Part shown: one piece after another, positions 30,603 through 41,333 of the stretch | Layout: each line of letters starts with the position of its first letter | How positions within the stretch are numbered: position 1 is the first letter of the stretch | Origin: Pseudomonadota bacterium | GTDB lineage: Bacteria; Pseudomonadota; Gammaproteobacteria; Xanthomonadales; Xanthomonadaceae | Direction: 5' to 3' | NCBI GenBank assembly: GCA_018242425.1 | Contig: JAFEBX010000004.1 | Coordinates: 223,032-287,031 of the forward strand | DNA length: 64,000 bases | Made by a program: the position numbers and the translations under genes | The notes under the pieces: model-generated | Database searches by the model: none | What the model saw: the letters and a program-made list of their open reading frames with translations, nothing else | What the model was told of the DNA's origin: nothing

Positions 30603-31259
30603 ATGGCCTCCAAACGCGTCAACCTGTCCCTGCGCCGGCTGCTCGTCACCGGCCTCCTCACCCTGCTGCCAATCTGGCTGACCTGGGTGGTGCTGAGTTT
30701 CGTGTTCCGCATGCTCAGCGACATCAGCCGGCCATGGGTGCAACCGTTGCTGTCGTCGCTGGCGCACACGTCACCGGAACTGTCGTGGCTGCAGCAATCG
30801 GTGGTGATGGGCGCGGTCGCACTGTTCGGCACCCTGCTGGTGATCCTGCTGGTCGGCTGGCTGGCGGAACACATCGTTGGCCAGGCACTGCTGGAATGGT
30901 TCGAGGCGCTGGTCGCGCGCATCCCGCTCGCCAACAGCGTGTACTCCGGTGCACGCAAACTGCTCGACACCGTGCAGACGTCGCCGGACGGTACCCAGCG
31001 CGTGGTGCTGGTGGAGTTCCCCCATCCGGGCATGAAAACCGTCGGACTGGTCACGCGCGTGTTCCAGGATGCCAACACCGGCGAAGAACTCGCCGCGGTG
31101 TTCATTCCGACCACGCCCAATCCGACCGGCGGCTATCTGGAAATCGTGCCGGTCGAACGACTGGTCGCGACCACCTGGTCCGTCGACCAGGCGATGAGCT
31201 TCATCATCTCCGGCGGCACCGTCGCGCCCGAATCGATCCCGTACCGCAAGACGGAGTAA
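30603..31259 (+). CDS. DUF502 membrane protein
   Basis: LVTGLLTLLPIWLT, VFIPTTPNPTGGYL, FIISGG. Confidence 0.85.
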   Translation: MASKRVNLSLRRLLVTGLLTLLPIWLTWVVLSFVFRMLSDISRPWVQPLLSSLAHTSPELSWLQQSVVMGAVALFGTLLVILLVGWLAEHIVGQALLEWFEALVARIPLANSVYSGARKLLDTVQTSPDGTQRVVLVEFPHPGMKTVGLVTRVFQDANTGEELAAVFIPTTPNPTGGYLEIVPVERLVATTWSVDQAMSFIISGGTVAPESIPYRKTE

Positions 31260-31263
31260 GTCC

Positions 31264-32439
31264 ATGCAGCGTGTCGTCGCGTTCCTGATCGCTGCACTGG
31301 CATTCGTGCTTTCCAGCGTTCCGGCAATGGCGGCCGATGCGCTGACGTCACATCGCGTCACCCTGAAGGACGGCCGCAGCTTCGACCTGCAGGCGCCGGC
31401 ATCATTGCGCATCACGCCGCTGGCCGAAGGCTTCAAGCGCCCACGCTTCTTCACGCGCAGCCCCGACGGCCGCATCTTCCTCACCGACATGCACGACCTC
31501 GGTGACAACACCCGGGGCGCGGTCTACATCCTCGACGGTTTCGATGCCGCCAACGGCAAGGTCGGCAAGATCACGGCGTGGGCGACCGGCTTGCGCAATC
31601 CCAACAGCGTCGCCTTCCTCAAGGACGCGCAAGGCGTGCAATGGATCTATGTCGCGCTGACGGATTCGCTGCTGCGCTATCGCTACACGCCGGGCGAATC
31701 GCATCCGACCGGATCGGCGCAATTGGTCGCGAGGTTCCCCGACCGCGGCATGAGCGCGGCCAACGGCGGCTGGCATCTCACCCGCACCGTGGTGCCGTCC
31801 GGCAACGGCAAGCTCTACGTCGCGATCGGCAGCAGTTGCAACGCCTGCGTGGAAACGGAAGCATTGCGTGCAGTCGTCGTGGAGATGAATCCCGATGGCA
31901 GCGGCCAGCGCATCATCGCGCACGGCTTGCGCAATGCGGTGTGGATGGCGATTGTCGATGGCCAGTTGCTGGCGACCAACCAGGGCGTCGATCACCTAGG
32001 GCCGAACATGCCCAACGAAAGCTTCTACGCGATCAAGCCCGGCGATTACGGCTGGCCATCGTGCTACGTCGCCGGCAAGGCGATCAAGGCCGATCCGAAA
32101 TACCCGCGCAAGGAAGGCTGCGCGAACGTACAGCGTCCGCTGGCAATCTTCCCGGCGCATGGTTCGGCGCTCGGCTTCGATGTGTTCGCGAAGGGCGACA
32201 ACGCCCAGCTCGCTGATGAAATCGTCGTCGCCCTGCACGGCTCCGGCAGCATCCGCCTAGGCCACGGCTACAAGCTGGTGCGGATGCGTCGCGACGGCTC
32301 GGGCCAGCGCGACCTCGTCAGCGGCTTCCTGCGCGCGGGCAAGGTGATGGGCCGCCCCTGCGGCGTGTTGCGCGTGGGGCCCGACGCCCTCCTCTTCAGC
32401 GACGACAGGTCTGGCGTGATCTATTACGTACGCCCCTGA
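31264..32439 (+). CDS. Secreted glucose/sorbosone dehydrogenase-like beta-propeller protein
   Basis: Signal peptide, GLRNPN, LYVAIGSSCNAC, GRPCGV...LLFSDD. Confidence 0.75.
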   Translation: MQRVVAFLIAALAFVLSSVPAMAADALTSHRVTLKDGRSFDLQAPASLRITPLAEGFKRPRFFTRSPDGRIFLTDMHDLGDNTRGAVYILDGFDAANGKVGKITAWATGLRNPNSVAFLKDAQGVQWIYVALTDSLLRYRYTPGESHPTGSAQLVARFPDRGMSAANGGWHLTRTVVPSGNGKLYVAIGSSCNACVETEALRAVVVEMNPDGSGQRIIAHGLRNAVWMAIVDGQLLATNQGVDHLGPNMPNESFYAIKPGDYGWPSCYVAGKAIKADPKYPRKEGCANVQRPLAIFPAHGSALGFDVFAKGDNAQLADEIVVALHGSGSIRLGHGYKLVRMRRDGSGQRDLVSGFLRAGKVMGRPCGVLRVGPDALLFSDDRSGVIYYVRP

Positions 32440-32508
32440 GGCCCCCCTGACTTTGGGCACAGCCGGGCATCCCCGCCGCGGGCATACACTCGCCTGCTAT
32501 CCCACCGG

Positions 32509-34320
32509 ATGTCGACCATGCGCCTCACCCGTCTTGCCCTTGCGGTAGCCCTCGCCGCCGCGGTTCCGACCGTCCATGCCGCACCGGCCAAAACCGTGCA
32601 CGCGGCAACCGCGAGCAGCGCAAAGGCCCGGCAACTCGACGCACTGTATGCGCAGTACTGGGAAGAATCGCTGAAGCTCAATCCGCTGAACGCGACCTAC
32701 CAGGGCGACAACCGCTACAACGACCAACTGCCGGATTTCTATTCCGCCGCATACCGCAAGCAGAACCACGACTTCACCGCACGCTGGCTGAAGAAGATCG
32801 AAACGATCGGCAGCAGCGGCTTGAGCGGGCAAAGCCTGATCAGCTACGACATCTTCGTGCATGACTCCAGGGAGTCGCTGGAAGGAGAGAAGTACCCCGG
32901 CTGGATGATGCCTGTGGACCAGATGGGCAGCATCGCCACCAACATGGCGCAACTCGGCAGCGGCACCGGCGCGCAACCGTTCAAGACGGTGAAGGACTAC
33001 GATAACTGGCTGAAGCGCGGCCGTCGCATCCCGGTGCTGGTCGACAGCATCATCACCGACATGCAGGCCGGCGTGAAAGCGGGCGTGGTACAGCCGCGCG
33101 CGCTGATGACCAAGGTAGTGCCGCAGTACGACGCCATCATCAAGGACAAACCGCAGGACAGCCTGTTCTGGGGACCGATCAAGCAGATGCCCGCGAGTTT
33201 CAGCGCCGCCGACAAGGCTCGACTGACGAGGGAATACCAGTCGATGATCGCCAGCGACATCATGCCGGCGTTCCGCAAGCTGCGCGGTTACATCGCCAAT
33301 GATTACCTGCCGAAGACGCGCGACAGCGTCGGCCTCGACAAGTTGCCGAACGGTGCGGAGTGGTACGCCTTCAATGTGCGCCAGACCACCACCACCGACC
33401 TGACGCCGGCGCAGATCCACGAACTCGGCCTGTCGGAAGTGGACCGCATCCACGGCGAAATGCAGCAGGTGATGAAGGATGTCGGCTTCAAGGGCTCGCT
33501 GCAGGATTTCTTCAAGTTCATGCGCGAGGACAAGCAGTTCCAGTTCAAGTCGGAAGACGAGCTGCTGAAGTACTACCGCAGCCTGGAAGCGCGGATCATG
33601 AAGCGCATCCCCGAACAGTTCTCGCTGGTGCCCAAGGCCGGCTTCGAAATCCGGCCGGTGGAAGCGTTCCGCGCCGAATCCGCCGCCGGCGGCGAATACC
33701 AGAGCCCGAGCGAAGACGGCAGCCGCCCCGGCATCTTCTACGTCAACACCTTCGACCTGCCCTCGCGCAAGACCTGGTCGGCCGAGGACCTGTTCCTGCA
33801 CGAAGCGATTCCCGGCCATCACTTCCAGATCGGCATCCAGCAGGAACTGAAGGGCGTACCGGCCTTCCGTCGCTTCGGCGGCAACACCGCCTATGTCGAA
33901 GGCTGGGCGCTGTATTCGGAATCGCTGGGCAAGTCACTGGGCGTGTATGAAACGCCGTACGACTACTTCGGCCGTTTGCAGGACGAACTGTGGCGCGCGA
34001 TCCGCCTCGTCACCGATACCGGCCTGCACAGCAAGAGCTGGACGCGCGAACAGACCATCGATTACATGATGACGAATTCGGCGGTTTCGCTCACCGACGC
34101 CACCGCAGAAGCCGAGCGTTATGTCGCTTGGCCGTCGCAGGCGGTGGCCTACAAGATCGGCGAGCTCACCATCCAGCGCCTGAAGAAGAAGGCGCAGGCC
34201 GAGCTCGGCGATCGTTTCGACCCGCGCGGATTCCACGCCGAAGTACTGAAGGACGGCGCGGTGCCGATGTCGATCCTGGAGCAGAAGGTCGATCGCTGGA
34301 TCGCGGCGCAGAAGGGGTGA
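32509..34320 (+). CDS. DUF885 family secreted protein
   Basis: Signal peptide, HEAIPGHHFQI, TAYVEGWALYSE, YKIGELTI. Confidence 0.88.
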   Translation: MSTMRLTRLALAVALAAAVPTVHAAPAKTVHAATASSAKARQLDALYAQYWEESLKLNPLNATYQGDNRYNDQLPDFYSAAYRKQNHDFTARWLKKIETIGSSGLSGQSLISYDIFVHDSRESLEGEKYPGWMMPVDQMGSIATNMAQLGSGTGAQPFKTVKDYDNWLKRGRRIPVLVDSIITDMQAGVKAGVVQPRALMTKVVPQYDAIIKDKPQDSLFWGPIKQMPASFSAADKARLTREYQSMIASDIMPAFRKLRGYIANDYLPKTRDSVGLDKLPNGAEWYAFNVRQTTTTDLTPAQIHELGLSEVDRIHGEMQQVMKDVGFKGSLQDFFKFMREDKQFQFKSEDELLKYYRSLEARIMKRIPEQFSLVPKAGFEIRPVEAFRAESAAGGEYQSPSEDGSRPGIFYVNTFDLPSRKTWSAEDLFLHEAIPGHHFQIGIQQELKGVPAFRRFGGNTAYVEGWALYSESLGKSLGVYETPYDYFGRLQDELWRAIRLVTDTGLHSKSWTREQTIDYMMTNSAVSLTDATAEAERYVAWPSQAVAYKIGELTIQRLKKKAQAELGDRFDPRGFHAEVLKDGAVPMSILEQKVDRWIAAQKG

Positions 34321-34472
34321 AGGCATCGCTCGCGCTGGCTTACCGGACCGGCTACCCGCCGAGCACGCGCGTTGTTGCTTTCTGGTGGAGTGAGAGAGCA
34401 ACAGCCCGCTCGCCATTGCTTTTCAGAGACTTGAAAACCACCACCGGCAGCGCCTGTGCGGTTCGTCCGTAT

Positions 34473-34537
34473 CGCCGACCATACGAGGCATGGATGCCGA
34501 GCCGAGCCCCCATGGATGGGTTCACGGCGTGTCGGCG
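34473..34537. repeat. REP/MITE-like palindromic element, copy 1
   Basis: CGCCGAC...GTCGGCG outer arms, GGCATGGATGCC core, CCATGGATGGGTTCACGGCGTGTC segment similar to 45038-45140. Confidence 0.6.
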
Positions 34538-34608
34538 GCTGCAGACAACCGCGATAGGTGCATAGCCGGGCGATGCTTTCAAGCGATCACCCAAGCCAGC
34601 GCACGCAA

Positions 34609-35979
34609 TTACGCCCGACGATCGCGCCGTCCGCCCTGCGCACCGCGGTGCTTCGGGGTTCCGCTGCGCGGTGCATACGCATTGGCCTTGGCTTCGCCCT
34701 GCGCGTGCCCGTGGCCACGATGCTTGCCGGCCTTGGGCGCACCCTGCGGACGCGGCGCCGAATTCTTGCGCGGCGCATGCTGTCCGCCCGGCTTGCCGGC
34801 TGGACGCTTGGCGGCCATCGCCGGGCCATCCAGACGCAGCGGACGCGAAGGTTCATAACCGTCCACGGTTTCCATCGCGATGTCGGCCTTCAACATGCGC
34901 TGGATCTGGCGCAGCAACGGCGCTTCGTCCGGCGCGACCAGCGACAGCGCTTCACCGCTGGCGCCATTGCGGCCGGTACGGCCAATGCGGTGCACGTAGT
35001 CTTCCGCGACCATCGGCAGGTCGTGGTTGATCACCAGCGGCAGGTCGGGAATGTCGAGACCGCGTGCGGCGACGTCAGTCGCGACCAGGATGCGGGTGCG
35101 ACCGCTCTTGAACTGATTCAGCGCATTCTGGCGGGCTGCCTGGCTCTTGTTGCCGTGGATCGACACCGAGGGCAGGCCGGCCTGGTCGAGCTGGCGGCAC
35201 AGGCGATCGCAGCCATGCTTGGTCTTTCCGAACACCAGCACGCGCTCGCTATGGCGCGCGGCAAGGATGTCGATCAGCAGGTCGCGCTTGCGCGACGCAT
35301 CCACCGGGTGCACGCGATGCACGATCGTCGAGGCGATGGTCGCCTGCGCGGCCACTTCGACCTGCTTCGGGTTGCGCATGAATTCCAGCGCCAGCGCCTT
35401 GATGCGCGCTTCGAAGGTCGCCGAGAACAGCAGCGTCTGGCGCTGCGCCGGCACGCGCGCGAGGATGCGCTTGATCGCCGGCAGGAAGCCCATGTCGAGC
35501 ATGCGGTCGGCTTCGTCGAGCACCAGCATTTCGATCGCGTCGAGCTTGGCGGTGCCGCGCTCGAGGTGGTCGAGCAGACGACCCGGGCAGGCCACCAGCA
35601 CGTCGACGCCGCGCTGCAGGTTGTTGATCTGCGGCTGCATGCCGGCACCACCGTACAGCGTGGTGACGTTGATGCGCAGGTGGCGCGCGTAGGTCTTGAG
35701 GTTGTCGCTGACCTGCACCGCGAGTTCGCGGGTCGGCACCAGGATCAGCGCGCGCGGCTTGCGCGGCCCGCGCACGCCCATGTTCTTCGACAGGTGTTGC
35801 AGCAGCGGCAGCCCGAACGCGGCGGTCTTGCCGGTGCCGGTCTGCGCGCCACCGAGGACGTCCTGGCCGGACAGCACCAGCGGAATGGCCTGGGCCTGGA
35901 TCGGCGTGGGCGTGGTGTAGCCGGCGTCGGCAAGCGCACGCAGCAAGGCCGGCGAAATGCCGAGGGTTTCAAAGTTCAT
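34609..35979 (-). CDS. rhlE: DEAD-box RNA helicase (RhlE-like)
   Basis: GTGKT, PTRELA, DEAD, SAT, HRIGRTGR; basic C-terminal tail; start at ATG 35979. Confidence 0.88.
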   Translation of the reverse strand: MNFETLGISPALLRALADAGYTTPTPIQAQAIPLVLSGQDVLGGAQTGTGKTAAFGLPLLQHLSKNMGVRGPRKPRALILVPTRELAVQVSDNLKTYARHLRINVTTLYGGAGMQPQINNLQRGVDVLVACPGRLLDHLERGTAKLDAIEMLVLDEADRMLDMGFLPAIKRILARVPAQRQTLLFSATFEARIKALALEFMRNPKQVEVAAQATIASTIVHRVHPVDASRKRDLLIDILAARHSERVLVFGKTKHGCDRLCRQLDQAGLPSVSIHGNKSQAARQNALNQFKSGRTRILVATDVAARGLDIPDLPLVINHDLPMVAEDYVHRIGRTGRNGASGEALSLVAPDEAPLLRQIQRMLKADIAMETVDGYEPSRPLRLDGPAMAAKRPAGKPGGQHAPRKNSAPRPQGAPKAGKHRGHGHAQGEAKANAYAPRSGTPKHRGAQGGRRDRRA

Positions 35980-36205
35980 TGTGTGCTCCAAAGTATGTCC
36001 GCACGGCTTGTGCCGTGCGATGACCCGGAGCTTTCCTGACGCGCTGCGAGTGCGATGCATGACGTTCGCGGGAGTCCGGGAACGTGTCGCGCTACGAGAG
36101 ACGTGCGTGGGAAGGCGGGGCTTGCAGCCCCGCGGGGATTCCGATGGAAAACGGATCCGCCGTGCGCGAACCCGTTTAGTTTACCCCATTCAGCTCCGCC
36201 CTGCC

Positions 36206-37360
36206 TTAACGCTTGTCGATGGGCGTGTAGGCGCGGTCTTCCGGACCGGTGTAGTTGGCGCTCGGGCGGATGATCTTGCCGTCCTCGCGCTGCTCGATCA
36301 CGTGCGCGCTCCAGCCGGTGGTGCGGGCGATCACGAACAGCGGCGTGAACATCGCGGTCGGCACGCCCATCATGTGGTAGGCCGATGCGCTGTACCAGTC
36401 GAGGTTCGGGAACATCTTCTTGCTGTCCCACATCAGCGTCTCGATGCGCTCGCTGACGTCGAACAGGGTCTGGTTGCCGCCGTCCTTGCACAGCTTGCGC
36501 GAGATTTCCTTGATGATCGGATTGCGCGGATCGCCGATGGTGTACACCGGATGGCCGAAGCCGATGATGATTTCCTTCTTCTCCATCCGCGCCTTGATGT
36601 CGGCTTCGGCTTCGTCGGCACTGCCGTAGCGGCTGATGATGTCCATCGCCACTTCATTGGCGCCGCCGTGCTTGGGTCCGCGCAGCGCGCCGATCGCGCC
36701 GGTGATGCAGGAATACATGTCGGAACCGGTGCCGGCGATCACGCGCGCGGTGAAGGTCGAGGCGTTGAACTCGTGCTCGGCGTAGAGGATCAGCGACTTG
36801 TCGAGCGCATCGGCGTGCAGCGCCGACGGCGGCTCGCCGTGCAGCAGGTGGAGGAAATGCGCGGCGACGGTGTCGTCTTCGGTCTCGACGTCGATGCGGC
36901 GGCCGTTGTGGGTGAAGTGCCACCAGTACAGCAGCATCGAACCGAAACTGGCGATCAGGCGATCGGCGATGTCGCGTGCTTCCGATGCCGGATGGCCTTC
37001 GCGCTCCGGCAGCACCGTGCCCAGCACCGAGCAGCCGGTGCGCATCACGTCCATCGGGTGGGCATTGGCCGGGATCAGCTCCAATGCATCGGTGACGATG
37101 ACCGGCAGGCCGCGCAGGCGCTTCAACTTGGTGCGATAGGCCTTGAGCTGCGACGCCGTCGGCAGCGTGCCGTGCACCAGCAGGTGCGCGACTTCCTCGA
37201 AAGTCGATTGTGTCGCCAGGTCCTTGATGTCGTAGCCGCGGTAATGCAGGTCGTTGCCGCTGCGGCCGACCGTGCACAGCGCCGTGTTTCCGGCCGCGGT
37301 GCCGCTCAGCGCGACGGATTTCTTGACCTTGGGAAGTGCTTGGTTGGTGTTGTCGCTCAT
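36206..37360 (-). CDS. prpC: 2-methylcitrate synthase
   Basis: [43 protein letters not shown]; next to prpB. Confidence 0.93.
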   Translation of the reverse strand: MSDNTNQALPKVKKSVALSGTAAGNTALCTVGRSGNDLHYRGYDIKDLATQSTFEEVAHLLVHGTLPTASQLKAYRTKLKRLRGLPVIVTDALELIPANAHPMDVMRTGCSVLGTVLPEREGHPASEARDIADRLIASFGSMLLYWWHFTHNGRRIDVETEDDTVAAHFLHLLHGEPPSALHADALDKSLILYAEHEFNASTFTARVIAGTGSDMYSCITGAIGALRGPKHGGANEVAMDIISRYGSADEAEADIKARMEKKEIIIGFGHPVYTIGDPRNPIIKEISRKLCKDGGNQTLFDVSERIETLMWDSKKMFPNLDWYSASAYHMMGVPTAMFTPLFVIARTTGWSAHVIEQREDGKIIRPSANYTGPEDRAYTPIDKR

Positions 37361-37375
37361 CGTGATTCCTTGTGA

Positions 37376-38260
37376 TTACTTGTTCTGCGAGAACAGCTGG
37401 TCGAGCTTGTCTTCGTAGGCGTGGTAGCCGAGGAAGTCGTACAGCTCGGCGCGGGTCTGCAACGTGTCGATGATGTTCTTCTGGGTGCCTTCGCGGCGCA
37501 CGGTCTCGTAGAAGTTCAACGCCGCCTTGTTCATCGCGCGATAGGCGCCGCAGCAATACAGGGCGATGTCGACGCCGGCGTCGCGCAGCTCGTCGGTGGT
37601 GAAGAACGGCGTCGAGCCGAACTCGGTGAGGTTGGCGAGGATCGGCACTTTCACCGCCGCCTTGAACTTGCGGTAATCGTCGAGGGTCTTCATCGCCTCG
37701 GGGAAGATCATGTCGGCGCCCGCTTCGACATAGGCGACGGCGCGTTCGATCGCCGAGTCGATGCCTTCGACCGCTGCCGCATCGGTACGCGCCATGATCA
37801 CGAAATCGCGATCCGTGCGCGCATCGACCGCAGCCTTGACGCGATCGATCATTTCGTCCTTCGTCACCACTTCCTTGCCGGGGCGATGGCCGCAGCGTTT
37901 CTGCCCGACCTGGTCTTCCATGTGCACGGCGGCGACGCCGATGCGCTCGAAGTTGCGGATGGTGCGACCGATGTTGAAGGCGCCGCCCCAGCCGGTATCG
38001 ATATCGACCATTAACGGCATGCCGGTGGCATCGACGATGCGGCGCGCGTCGGTCAGCACGTCTTCCATGGTGCTGATGCCGAGGTCGGGCATGCCCAGCG
38101 AGTTGGCGGCGACGCCGCCACCGGACAGGTACAGCGCCTTGTAGCCAGTGCGCTTGGCCATCAGGCCGGCGTAGGCGGTGATGGCGCCCGTCACCTGCAG
38201 CGGGGTTTCTTCGGACAATGCGGCGCGGAAGCGAGCGCCGGCGGAGGCAGGAAGGTTCAT
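37376..38260 (-). CDS. prpB: Methylisocitrate lyase
   Basis: [33 protein letters not shown]. Confidence 0.95.
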   Translation of the reverse strand: MNLPASAGARFRAALSEETPLQVTGAITAYAGLMAKRTGYKALYLSGGGVAANSLGMPDLGISTMEDVLTDARRIVDATGMPLMVDIDTGWGGAFNIGRTIRNFERIGVAAVHMEDQVGQKRCGHRPGKEVVTKDEMIDRVKAAVDARTDRDFVIMARTDAAAVEGIDSAIERAVAYVEAGADMIFPEAMKTLDDYRKFKAAVKVPILANLTEFGSTPFFTTDELRDAGVDIALYCCGAYRAMNKAALNFYETVRREGTQKNIIDTLQTRAELYDFLGYHAYEDKLDQLFSQNK

Positions 38261-38382
38261 GCGGACTCCGGGAAAAGGACAATTTTAAGCCAGCCGGGGC
38301 TTTGGTGCTGTCACATGACTTTCGACAGGGAAGGCGGTCGCCCCGCTGGTGTAGCTTTGGATGGATCCAGAGGAGAATCGCC

Positions 38383-40875
38383 ATGTCCCGCCAACGCCTG
38401 CGCCGCCATTTACCCGGCGGCGCGCTCGCGCTCGCCATTTCGCTGTGCGCCGCGCCATCTTTCGCCGCCAGCGGCTACAACAAGCCGCCGGAACCGATCC
38501 TCGGCACGATGCACACGCCCTTGCCACCATCCGCCATCGGCGACCCCACCAATCGCACCCTGCTGATGGTGCAACAAGCGCAGTACCCGTCGATCAAGCG
38601 CGTCGCCGAACCCTATCTCAAGCTGGGCGGCGTACGCATCGAACCACGTACCCGTGCCCGCCATGATGCCTCTAGCGGTTACGGCATCCGCGCCTGCCTC
38701 GAAGGCTTCAGCTTGATCGACATCGCCAGTGGCAAGGAACGCAAGATCGCCCTGCCCGCCGGCGCCTGTCCCGGCATGCCGGGTTGGTCCCCCGATGGCA
38801 AGCGCTTCGCCTTCAACAACACCGTCGCCGATCACGTCGAACTGTGGGTCGGTGACGTCGCCAGCGGCACTGCGCATCGCGTCGATGGCGTCGCCCTCAA
38901 TACCATCCTCGACAACGACATCCAGTGGCTGGACGGCGGCAATACGCTGCTGGTGAAGCAGGTTCCGGCCAACCTCGGCGCAGCGCCTTCCCGCAGCGAA
39001 GCGCCGATCGCGCCGGAGATCAAGGAATCGCTCGGTGGCAAGGGCGAAAGCAGCACGTATGAATCGCGCGACACCCTGACCGGCCCCGAAGACGAAGTGC
39101 TGTTCGACTACTACACCACCTCGCAGCTGGCGAAGGTCGATGTCGCCACCGACAAGGTCACGCCCTACGGCAAGCCGGCGACGATCGCCGGCGTCGATGT
39201 CGCGCCGGATGGCAAGCACGTGCTGTTCGAAACCTTGAAGCGCCCGTATTCCTACGTCACCACCTGGGAGCGTTTCGCCAAGGACACTTCCGTGCTCGAC
39301 ACCACCGACGGCAGCGTGAAGGTGATCGACAGTTCGCCGGTCGCCGATCGCGTTCCGGTCCGCGGCGTTCCGATCGGCCCGCGCGATTTCGGCTGGCGCG
39401 CCAATGCGCCGGCGACACTGGTCTGGGCCGAGGCGCTCGACGGTGGCGACTGGAAGACCAGCGTGCCGAATCGCGACAAGGTGATGATGCAGGGCGCACC
39501 GTTCACCGCGAAACCGGTGGAAGTGTTGCGCACGCCGCAGCGTTTCAGCGGCATGGCGTGGCTGGCGCAGGGCGACGAACCCTTCGTCTACGAATACGAC
39601 GCCAATAGGCACTGGATGCGCGTGACCCGCGTCGATGTCGCCTCGCCCGGCAAGGCGCCGAAGGTGATCTGGGATTACTCCACCGACGAGAAATACAAGG
39701 CGCCGGGTTCATTGGTGATGCAGCGCCAGCCGAATGGTTCGGTCGTCGTGCAGGAAGATGCAGGCAAGGTCTACCTGCGCGGCAATGGTTCATCGCCGCA
39801 GGGCGATCGCCCCTTCCTTGATCGCTACGATCTCGCCAGCGGCAAGACCGAACGCCTGTTCCGCAGCAGCGCCGATGCCTACGAGCGCGTCGGTTCGGTG
39901 CTGCCGGGCGGCACGCGGTTCCTGGTGTCGAAGCAGTCGCCGGTTGATCCGCCCAACGTCTTCATGGCAACACTCGGTGCCACGACGTCTGCCGCCGACG
40001 GTGAAGCCGCTTATGCGAATTCGACCACGCCCGTCACCCATATCACCGATCCGATGCCGCAGGTGCGCGGCGCGAAGAAGCGGCTGGTGACCTACAAGCG
40101 CAAGGATGGCGTCGATCTCTCGTTCACCCTCTACACGCCGCCCGGCTACAAGGAAGGCACGCGCCTGCCCGCGGTGCTTTATGCCTATCCGCAGGATTTC
40201 GCCGATCCGTCGCAGGCGGGCCAGGTCAGCGGCTCGCAGAAGACCTTCGACTTCCTGCGCGGCTATCGCCTGTTGCTGCTGGCCGGTTACGCGATCATCG
40301 ACAACGCATCGTTCCCGATCGTCGGTGATCCCAAGTCGGCCTATGACACCTACCTCGACCAGCTCGTCGCCGATGCCCAGGCAGCGGTCGACAAGGCAGT
40401 GGAACTCGGCGTGGTCGATCGCGATCGCATCGGCGTCACCGGGCACAGCCACGGGGCGTTGATGACGGCGAACCTGCTCGCACACACCACTCTGTTCCGC
40501 GCCGGCGTCGCCACCAGCGGCAGCTACAACAAGACGCTGACGCCGTTCGGTTTCCAGAACGAGCGTCGCTCGCTGTGGGCCGCGACACCCGTGTACGAAC
40601 AGGCCTCCGCGTTCTTCCACGCCGACAAGATCAAGTCGCCGCTGTTGATCATGCATGGCATGGACGATGCCAACCCCGGCACCGAACCGATCCAGTCGCC
40701 CAAGCTGTTCCAGGCGATTCGCGGTCTTGGCGGCACCACGCGCCTGGTGATGCTGCCCTACGAACCGCACTGGTACACCGCGATGGAATCGAACGAACAG
40801 GAGGTCTACGAAATGCTGACCTGGTTCGATCGTTACGTGAAAAACGCACCGGCGCGCCAGGCGACGACCAAGTAG
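38383..40875 (+). CDS. Secreted S9 family (prolyl oligopeptidase-like) peptidase
   Basis: Signal peptide, beta-propeller region, GHSHG nucleophile motif, HGMDD, PYEPH; start at ATG 38383. Confidence 0.88.
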   Translation: MSRQRLRRHLPGGALALAISLCAAPSFAASGYNKPPEPILGTMHTPLPPSAIGDPTNRTLLMVQQAQYPSIKRVAEPYLKLGGVRIEPRTRARHDASSGYGIRACLEGFSLIDIASGKERKIALPAGACPGMPGWSPDGKRFAFNNTVADHVELWVGDVASGTAHRVDGVALNTILDNDIQWLDGGNTLLVKQVPANLGAAPSRSEAPIAPEIKESLGGKGESSTYESRDTLTGPEDEVLFDYYTTSQLAKVDVATDKVTPYGKPATIAGVDVAPDGKHVLFETLKRPYSYVTTWERFAKDTSVLDTTDGSVKVIDSSPVADRVPVRGVPIGPRDFGWRANAPATLVWAEALDGGDWKTSVPNRDKVMMQGAPFTAKPVEVLRTPQRFSGMAWLAQGDEPFVYEYDANRHWMRVTRVDVASPGKAPKVIWDYSTDEKYKAPGSLVMQRQPNGSVVVQEDAGKVYLRGNGSSPQGDRPFLDRYDLASGKTERLFRSSADAYERVGSVLPGGTRFLVSKQSPVDPPNVFMATLGATTSAADGEAAYANSTTPVTHITDPMPQVRGAKKRLVTYKRKDGVDLSFTLYTPPGYKEGTRLPAVLYAYPQDFADPSQAGQVSGSQKTFDFLRGYRLLLLAGYAIIDNASFPIVGDPKSAYDTYLDQLVADAQAAVDKAVELGVVDRDRIGVTGHSHGALMTANLLAHTTLFRAGVATSGSYNKTLTPFGFQNERRSLWAATPVYEQASAFFHADKIKSPLLIMHGMDDANPGTEPIQSPKLFQAIRGLGGTTRLVMLPYEPHWYTAMESNEQEVYEMLTWFDRYVKNAPARQATTK

Positions 40876-40899
40876 GTTTTCGCCACGCATCCCGCTCGA

Positions 40900-40931
40900 A
40901 AGAAGCCCCGCCCCTGCGGGGCTTCTTTTTT
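40900..40931 (+). terminator. Intrinsic terminator after the S9 peptidase
   Basis: AAGAAGCCCCGC / GCGGGGCTTCTT stem with T tract. Confidence 0.85.
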
Positions 40932-40964
40932 CATCCGCCCTGCAATGCCCGGTTTTTCCGGTTC

Positions 40965-40993
40965 TTGACAAACATTCATCCATTTGGTTGAAT
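40965..40993 (+). promoter_or_regulatory. Promoter -35 and palindromic operator of the ArsR-SRPBCC operon
   Basis: TTGACA 40965-40970; ATTCATCCA-TT-TGGTTGAAT inverted repeat (8/9 match) at 40974-40993. Confidence 0.6.
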
Positions 40994-41000
40994 ATTGTTC

Positions 41001-41333
41001 ATGAGCACGCTCGATCTCGCTTTCGCCGCCCTCTCCGACCCGACCCGTCGCCGCATCGTCCAGCGCCTGTCGCGCGGACGCACCCGCGTCACCGACATCG
41101 CCCTGCCCTTCGACATGTCGCTGAATGCCGTGTCGAAGCACATCAAGGTGCTCGAACGTTCCGGCCTCGTGCGCCGCGAAAAACTCGGGCGCGAACACTT
41201 CCTCGAACTGCGAGCCAAACCCATGCGCGACGTCGCCCGCTGGATCTCCCGCTACGAACGCTTCTGGAACCAGAAACTGGATTCGCTCGGCGAATTCCTT
41301 GCCAACCAACCCGATGAGGAGCAACAGCCATGA
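41001..41333 (+). CDS. ArsR/SmtB family regulator (no cysteines)
   Basis: FAALSDPTRRRIV...AVSKHIKVLERSGLV; start at ATG 41001. Confidence 0.9.
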   Translation: MSTLDLAFAALSDPTRRRIVQRLSRGRTRVTDIALPFDMSLNAVSKHIKVLERSGLVRREKLGREHFLELRAKPMRDVARWISRYERFWNQKLDSLGEFLANQPDEEQQP

